Shown here piece after piece: positions 56,435-64,000 of a stretch of 64,000 nt of DNA. The notes below the pieces were generated by a model. That model ran no database searches and was not told where the DNA came from. It saw only the letters and a list, made by a program, of their open reading frames with translations. Made by a program: the position numbers and the translations under genes. Within the stretch, counting starts at the first letter, position 1; each line of letters opens with the position of its first letter. The stretch is from the human T2T-CHM13v2.0 reference genome, Homo sapiens, in assembly GCF_009914755.1 (NCBI RefSeq), contig NC_060929.1. One strand, 5' to 3'.

Positions 56435-59400
56435 GGATTAGTTTTTTTTATGTGCTGCTGGATTCAGTTTGCTAGTATTTTGTTAAGGATTTTTGCATCT
56501 ATGTTCATCAAGGATATTGGTCTGAAGTTTTTACGTTGTTGTTATGTCTTTGCTTTGTCTTTGCCAGGATGATGCTGGCCTCATAGAATGAGTTAGGGAA
56601 GAGTTCCTCCTCCTCAATTTTTTGGAATAGTTTCAGTAGGAATGGTACCAGCTCTACTTTATATGTCTGGTAGAATTTTGCTGTGAATCTGTGTGGTCCA
56701 AGGCTTTTTCTGGCTGGTAGCCTTTTTATTACTGATTCAATTTTGGAACTTGCTATTGGTCTGATCAGGGTTTAAATTTCTTCCTGGTTCAGTCTCGAGA
56801 GGTTGAATGTTTTCAGGAATTTATCAATTTACATATGCAATGCTATTCCTGTCAAATGAACAATGATATTCTTTACAGAACTAGAAAAAACTATTCTAAA
56901 ATTCATATGCAACCCAAAAAGAGCCCAAATGGCCAAAGCAATTCTAAGCAAAAAAGAATAAAGCTGGAGGAATCACATCACTTAACTTCAAACTATACTT
57001 CAATGCTACAGTAACCAAGACAGCATGGTATAGGTACAAAAATAGATACATAGACCACTGGAACAGAATAGGGAGCCCAGATATAAACCCACACACTTAC
57101 AACCATCTGATCTTCAACAAAGTTGACAAAAACAAGCAATGGGGAAAGGACTCCCTATTCGATAAATGGTTCTGGGACAACTGGCTAATCATATGCCAAA
57201 GACTGAAACTGGACAGCTTCCTTAGATCATATACAAAAATCAACTCAAGATGGATTAGACACTTAAATGTAAAATGTAAAATTATAAAAACCATTGAAGA
57301 AAACCTAGGAAATACCATTCTAAACATAGGCCCTGGCAAAGATTTTATGATGAATATGCCAAAAGCAATTGCAACAAAAACAAAAATTGACAAGTGGGAC
57401 CTAATTAAACTAAAGAGCTTCTGCACAGCAAAGGAAACTATCAACAAAGTAAATAGACAACCTACAGGATGGGAGAAAATATTTACAAATTGTGCATCTG
57501 GCAAAGGTTTAATATCCAGAATCTATAAGGAACTTAGACAAATTGACAAGCAAAAAAACAAACAAGCCCATTAAAAAGTGGGCAAAGACACTTTTCAAAA
57601 TAAGACATTTACACGGCCAACAAGCATATGAAAAAATACTCATCATCACTAATCATTAGGGAAATGCAAATCAAAACCACAATGAGATATCATCTCACAC
57701 CAGTCAGAATGGCTATTATTAAGAAGTCAAAAAGTAACAGTTGTTGGTGATACTGCAAAGAAAAGGGAATATTTATACACTGCTAGTGGGAATGTAAATT
57801 AGTCCAGCCACTGTGGAAAGCAGTTTGGCAATTTCTCGAAGAACTTAAAACAGAACCACCATTTGACCCAGCAGTCCTATTATTGGGTATGTACCCAAAG
57901 GAATATAAATCATTCTACCATAATGATACACACATGCATATGTTCATTGCAGCTCTATTCACAATAACAAAGACAAGGTATCAACCAAAATGGTCAACAA
58001 CATTAGACTGAATAAAGAAAATGTGGTACATATACATTATGGAATACTATGCAACCATAAAAAAGAATGAGATCATGTCCTTTGCAGCAACATGTATGCG
58101 GCTGGAGGCCATTATCCTAAGAGAACTAACACAGGAACAGAAAACCAAATACTGCATGTTCTCATTTATAATTGGGAGCTAAACATTGAGTTACATGGAC
58201 ACAACGAAGAGAAGGACAGACAGCGGGGCCTATTTGAGGGTGGAGGGTAGGAGGAAGGTGATGATCAGAAGACTACATATTGGGTACTATGCTCATTACC
58301 TGGGTGACGAAATAATATGTACACCAAACCCCCAAAACACACCATTTATCTATTAGAGCAAACTTAAACATGTGCCCCTGAAACTAATATTTAAAAAAAA
58401 AAGATTTCAGAGGAGAAAGCTCTCTTTGATTGACATGATCAGGAATCTTCATTTAAGAGATGACACTTGAATTCAGCTTTTTAAAAAATAAATAGGATTT
58501 GCTATGCAGACAAGAGGTTAAGGCTTAAAAATTGAAAAGAGTTCTGTAACTTTAAGAAAACATGACATGAATTTATAAATGGTTGTAAGATTCGGCACTG
58601 TAAGAAATCTTTAAATAAAAATTATTGTTCACAGACTTTCATAAGTGATGGGGATTGAAAGCTTTCTAAATTATCAGAAACCAAAGGCTGATAACAAAGA
58701 CTACTGTGTAACACATCTCACTGGGCTGAGGGGAAGACACCAGAACATGTCTCTTTTTTTTTTAATATTTGTGTGTTTTAAAAGGCAGAGTCAGTAGCAT
58801 GAATTGTATAGATTACTCTAATTTTAAAGGCAAAAGTAAGAAAGATTTAATGGATTTAAATGGACACAAAAAGAGGTAACATTAACCAAAGTGGTTTTCA
58901 ATTAGTCGGACACAACTTAGTTTTACTTGTTAAATACAATTTGTAATTCAGATATTATGCAGAAAACAAAGCTCATAGGCATCCTAATGGTTTTTAGTTG
59001 TAGAATCTGAATCCATTCCTAAATCTCTCTGATTCCATCTCTCACTCAAACCTCCAGATTTCAATGCACCAACAATGATGAGTTTGAATGGAAAAAATCA
59101 AGGTACAAAAAGAAAGGCCAGGGCTTTCCTCTCTCTCCCTTGCTCTCAGGGATGGGTCTGTATGTCAAATTAAGAGTATTGAACCCTGCAAAGAAAATGC
59201 TGATGGAGATACAGAAATGAAAAAGGGAGTTAGAGATTAACTGCTTGGAAAAAATAATGATTTATAAATATGTTCAGAGTATACTTTGTCAAGAGCACTG
59301 ACTTATGGCATGAAATTAAAGGGAAGTAAACATGGGTCAAGAAACTGGAAGGACAATTATGAGATGTGTTTGCCATTAGCCTGTAAACTTCTATAACAGA

Positions 59401-59824
59401 ATTGTTGTCTAAGAGATACAAAAGTAGTTCCTTTATGTCTGCAATGTAAAACCGAACTTGAAAAACTATCTAAGAATATTCAGTACAGATGGTTCCTTTT
59501 GAATGATGGGAATTACTAGAACAATGTGTTATGCATTTTTCAACTCTGATTACTAAATCTCTATCCTGAATTTCTTTGGCACAAAAAGCATTTTAAATCA
59601 AACAACTAGAGCATATATTTAAATTGTTTAAATCTTCCCTTTTTCTAAAGTACCTGCTTGATAGACACAACTTAACATATAACTTAAATGTTTAAATTTC
59701 CAGAGAATCTTTAAGATGTTTTAGAAAGTTCACAGCTTTTCATTTGTTTGGCTTTTTTATTTTTACTCCTAACAAAAAGTTTAGGTTTACATTTGGAAGC
59801 TTTATGACAATTGGTGTTAGTTAT

Positions 59825-60157
59825 GAAGATGATTGTCTCTTGACTCTCTTTGCTTAGAAGTCTATGGAGCATGTAGCTTTCAAGATTTTTTTTTGAAACT
59901 GAAGCCCAATATTTTATTTCTAATTGGGGAATACCTCTTTCTATTTGCAACTTGAATAAATGAGAGAATTATTTAGGACGTGAAGATTAATGAAGATTCA
60001 AGAAGATGAATGTCTCTTGACTCTCTTTGCTTAGAAGTCTATGGAGTATGTAGCTTTCAAGATTTTTTTTTAGAAATTAAAGTCCAATATTTTATTGCAA
60101 ATTGGGAAATACCTCTTTCTATTTGCAACCTGAATAAATGAGAGAATCATTTAGGAC
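59825..60157 (+). repeat. Tandem duplication of about 155 bp (59825-59979 and 60002-60157)
   Basis: GAAGATGA.TGTCTCTTGACTCTCTTTGCTTAGAAGTCTATGGAG...GAATAAATGAGAGAAT.ATTTAGGAC occurs twice with about a dozen differences and a 22-nt spacer. Confidence 0.95.
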
Positions 60158-61289
60158 AAGTTGAGTGTTCTTCCATTGCAGACTTTCTTAAGCTAACATT
60201 TATTAAACAGAACAAAAAAGACAGATCTTTAATTTTTCAGAGCCTCCAGGGCTGGTTTATAGGTTTCAGGACAATTCAGCTAAGAAGCCTACCAAGGCTA
60301 GTAGGGAAAAGGAACACAGCAGAAATGATTGCTATGTAAACAAAAGTTCAGAGTAGATAATGAAACTCTGGAGAAGCCTGCCAGAGAAGCTTTTCAGGTA
60401 GCATTTCTTTAGGTAGGCAAATTCATCTGAATTTATCAAAGTGCTGAATATTGATAATTTGTGAATTAGTTTTCTGGTTCTGCTGTTAAAAAATCTTTTG
60501 GGGAATGACAACAATCATCCATTGATCCCAAGTAGTACCAATTTATTAGGAACAAGAAATGTGGCCATATTATTTGTTCTGAAATTACTAATAGTGTCTT
60601 ATATGAAACCAATAGCCCAGAAACAAAGTCAAAAATCAGTTAGACTGTACAGCAAGTTTCTAATATTAATCCTCAATAAAGATTTTTAGAAATCCACCAG
60701 CTTTCATTTATTTCCCTGAGCTCTCCTTTGAATGTTTTCAAGACATTCAAATTTTCTCCTACACAAAATCCTATGCTTTCAATACAAGAGCACTGTATTT
60801 GTATTTAAAAATTAATAGTAAGCCAAAACAACTCATGATGTGTTCCAAGTAGAGTTCAAAGTAGATTAAGATCAAGAATTCATTTAATCTAGCTTGAGCT
60901 TCAAACAGAAAATACTCATCCCTTCCACACCCTTTAGAATTGAAGTATGATTGCCCACTGCCTAAGCTACTTGCAGGTGGCAACCATTATTCATACATGT
61001 TTAGAAGCAGTAGGAGTCTTCTCAGGCCACTAGGATGCATTCGGTTCACTGAAGCATACTGAACACTACCCACAGAACTTATGCTGTTTTTAGAAGCATG
61101 AAATTAGGCTCAATGAAGTAATGGGCTAAATAACGGGAAAATTCAGCACTGTTTTTAAGTGCTGATATTTGACACTTTTCTGCAAGGAATCTCTGCTAAT
61201 TATCCCTTTACCTAAAGGGAGCAGGCAACTGGCAGAAAAAATATTATGAACATTGTACAGAGAATAGACTATAGTCATGTTTTAAAAAC

Positions 61290-61740
61290 AAAATTGATAG
61301 GTTTGGAGCTAGAGGTCTTGAGTTCACACATATTCTGACTCGACCACTCTAGATGTGTGACCTCAACACAATCACTTTTTCTCCCCCACACAATCACTTT
61401 TTCTCCCCCACATCATTTCCTCATCTTCAACAGAATATCTACTCTATCTGGTTGTTGTGATAGTTGAACATATGTGAACCTATTTCAAACTGTTGCTTGG
61501 CTCTTTGGAAGGTACTCAATAAACACTGGTTGGGCACAAGCTTTGGAATCAGACAAATCTAAGTTTAAATCCCAATTCCATTTATTAACTGGTTGTTTTG
61601 GGCAGGCTATTTGACCGGTCTCTAAGTCTAAGTTTATTCATCTGTAAGGTACAATGAAATTACTACCCTTCAGGCTCACTATGAGGATGAGACAATATAT
61701 AATGTACTGAGCAAAGTGCCTTATACAAAGTATTAAATAA
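61290..61740 (+). mobile_element. Two MIR SINEs; the first contains a perfect 22-bp tandem duplication (61366-61409)
   Basis: TTTGGAGCTAGAGGTCTTGAGTTC...TTTCCTCATCTT and GCTTTGGAATCAGACAAATCTAAGTTTAAATCCC...TTCATCTGTAA. ACACAATCACTTTTTCTCCCCC occurs twice. Confidence 0.7.
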
Positions 61741-62689
61741 ATAAAGCCTATTGTTTCACATTTGACTCTACAGCACAAGAAAAGCTAAGTGGCCAGCTTG
61801 TGGTTTCATTGAAAGTTAGTGGTGGGTATCCTCTCCTATCTTTGGACTCCAAGGTTCTCTCTGTTTCCCAATAACCTACTGGTAGACTTTTCCACTGCAA
61901 TTTGCATGGCAGGCCTTGAATAGTCTTAATACACTTGGGCTTTGTCTTATTTTACTTTATGTTTATATTAATACCCTTTCTTTGAACATAAATTCAGAAA
62001 GAATATGTAAATTGAGGATATTCTTTAGATCTTTGAATCCATTATGGAAATTCAGTTGCCAGTGCTTCCATGGTGAAAGTCTTTCTTTCTAGCTTCAGAA
62101 GCATCCAGATAAACAAATTAATAAAAGCTTATGTTTCCATATCAATCCTGCTGTAGACATTTTATGTCTGGCCATAGAAGCTATGATGAATTTTTATTTC
62201 TACTTTCCTTCATTAGAACAACTTTTGCAAAAGAAGACTGACTTTGTCTTAAGGAAAAAAGTCATAAACCAGCCTCATTAAGAAGCCATCTCTTTTGTGA
62301 TTGACAGCAGGCAAATGCAGGACAGTGGGCACTATCTGAGAATGGAGTGAAGTGACCCTTGGTGAGGGCTGGAATATGCCCTATAAATTTAACAGATTTT
62401 AAAAAGCCTTTAGATAGCATTCGTCTGTTCTGACATGTCAGATAATTCATAGTGGAGAGAAATCATTTTAATGCAATTATTACGGGAAAGCCATTAACCA
62501 AATGCTAACCATGTTCTGCATTAGGGAATTTACACTTGCAAGTAATAATAGGGATCAAACAAGGGAGGGAGAGTAAAACTAGAGCACACAGATGAGAAAG
62601 AAGCAGGGAGAAGTACTTGGAAATGCCTTTCCTGTTAACCTCATGTAAAAGAGCAGCTCTCCTATCTTCACCATCTAAACCCTTACTCT

Positions 62690-62885
62690 GCTTTATTCTT
62701 CTGTGTGGTACTATTACCACTTGATATTTATATTTTTAGCTAATTTATTTTTTGTATGCTTCCCCCTTTAAAATGTAAGCTCTATGAGGGTAGAATATTG
62801 TGTGTATTTTGTTCATTGACTGTACCCCTTGTGTCTAGTACTGAGCCTGGCATATACATGCTTCAATACGTGTGTTCATCAACAG
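62690..62885 (+). mobile_element. L2 3' end
   Basis: AATGTAAGCTCTATGAGGGTAGAA...TTTTGTTCATTG...GCCTGGCATATACATGCTTCAATA. Confidence 0.65.
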
Positions 62886-63104
62886 AAGAGAGGCCATTAC
62901 CTGAGTAACCCAAGTCAGTCTACACAGACCTGGAAATTAGGACGTCTATTCAGGGCCTTGAAAGATGTCAGAAAAAATGAGCAATTTTTTTTTTGACAGT
63001 CATTACTTTCTCATAATTGTAGAGGTTGAAGAATGGTTAAAAGTGAGAAGAGGAAATAAACATATTAATAGGAGGAAGGTGCTTGATTGTACTCCTGACA
63101 AAAG

Positions 63105-63420
63105 AAACATGAATTAAAATTAAAACAAAGTAGCATTTTTTTTCCTATGAGATTAGCACCTGTGTTGGTAGGGTGGTAAGAAAAGCAGTCATTCCCAGAC
63201 AATCTTCTGGAAAGGAAGATTGGTAAATTTGGTAACTGCTTTTATCTAATAATTCTACCCTTAAGATTTTGTCCTACGGATATACTTGCACAAGCATGCA
63301 CTGTTGGAGATAGGAAAAGGTTGAGACAACCTAAATGTCCACCAGGAAGGAACTGGCTATGTACATGATATGACATATAAGTAGAACACCGTGTGGCCTT
63401 TAAAAAGAACAATGCGTCCC
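63105..63420 (+). mobile_element. Old L1ME-type fragment
   Basis: ATGAATTAAAATTAAAACAA...TTTCCTATGAGATTAGCA...GACAACCTAAATGTCCACCAG. Confidence 0.55.
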
Positions 63421-64000
63421 CGATACAATATTTCACCTCTCCAGAAGTTCCCAGTTGATAACCACCAAACATTTGTTTAAATTCCCAAAATACCTTATGG
63501 CTTAATTAGGGACCATTGTTTTCACACCAATATCAAAGCTCTTATAACTGCGGAAATACATGTTTTTTACAGGATAATAGACATCCCAGAAAATTGATAC
63601 AAATGGACTGTGGATAATGAATATAAACTTCATTCCATCCTTAATAATTTTAAATTTAGCTTGATATTCATTCTAGATCCACCTCAAGATATATCTTCTC
63701 CATGAAGCTATCCTCCTACACCTCAGTGAGTACTGCATGACAAGCACCCACAATGACTCAGTCTCTGGAAGTCATATAGGAACAATTCATTCTATCCCAA
63801 ATGGCATCAGAGTTTTGTATTGTCAGGTAAATTGATGCCTAAGAATTGTTGGAAATTATCTGCTATATGAAACCTTCTTTCATCCATAAGTTAAATAAGA
63901 AATATGGCCACAACATCCATGTAGATGTTTGAGTGAGAAACTGAGACATCATATCAAATTGCTTTCTTTCTTTTCCCTAACATTTCTTCAGCAAATCCTG

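Larger units (their letters stand above)
53437..58400 (+). mobile_element. 5'-inverted L1 (L1PA15/16-like) with 16-bp TSD, split by the SVA cassette
   Basis: Antisense ORF2 at 53437-54158 and 56435-about 56828; sense ORF2 end, 3'UTR and A tail at about 56826-58400. AAGATTTCAGAGGAGA at 53421-53436 and 58401-58416. Confidence 0.93.

Noticed and set aside
54883-56572. ORFs of 126-232 aa with repetitive peptides
   Set aside because: Translations of SVA VNTR, SINE-R and Alu-like sequence.
61366-61412. Perfect 22-bp tandem duplication
   Set aside because: Ordinary slippage-type duplication inside a MIR with no sign of function.

Overview
Hominoid (human or great ape) non-coding DNA, intronic or intergenic and dense in repeats. 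I recognise no intact protein-coding gene, RNA gene or CRISPR array; nearly all ORFs in the track are repeat-derived or random. Identified elements are six Alus plus an Alu monomer, a solo LTR12 with a CTAT target-site duplication (TSD), a full-length but disabled L1PA6-like LINE-1, several MaLR/ERVL LTRs, DNA-transposon fossils and many MIR/L2 fragments. The most interesting structure is a nested insertion at 53.4-58.4 kb. A 5'-inverted L1PA15/16-like element (16-bp TSD) is split by one 2.3-kb minus-strand cassette: SVA, poly(A), L2-derived flank, full-length RPL31 processed pseudogene, second poly(A). A single 15-bp TSD encloses the whole cassette, which indicates an SVA-mediated 3' transduction that re-mobilised an older ribosomal-protein pseudogene. 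Also noted are a probable ancient L1MA 3' transduction, a tandem duplication with a templated junction and an old diverged duplication. Subfamily calls come from recall of consensus sequences and boundaries of old repeats are approximate. I found nothing that I can support as a wholly new biological system.
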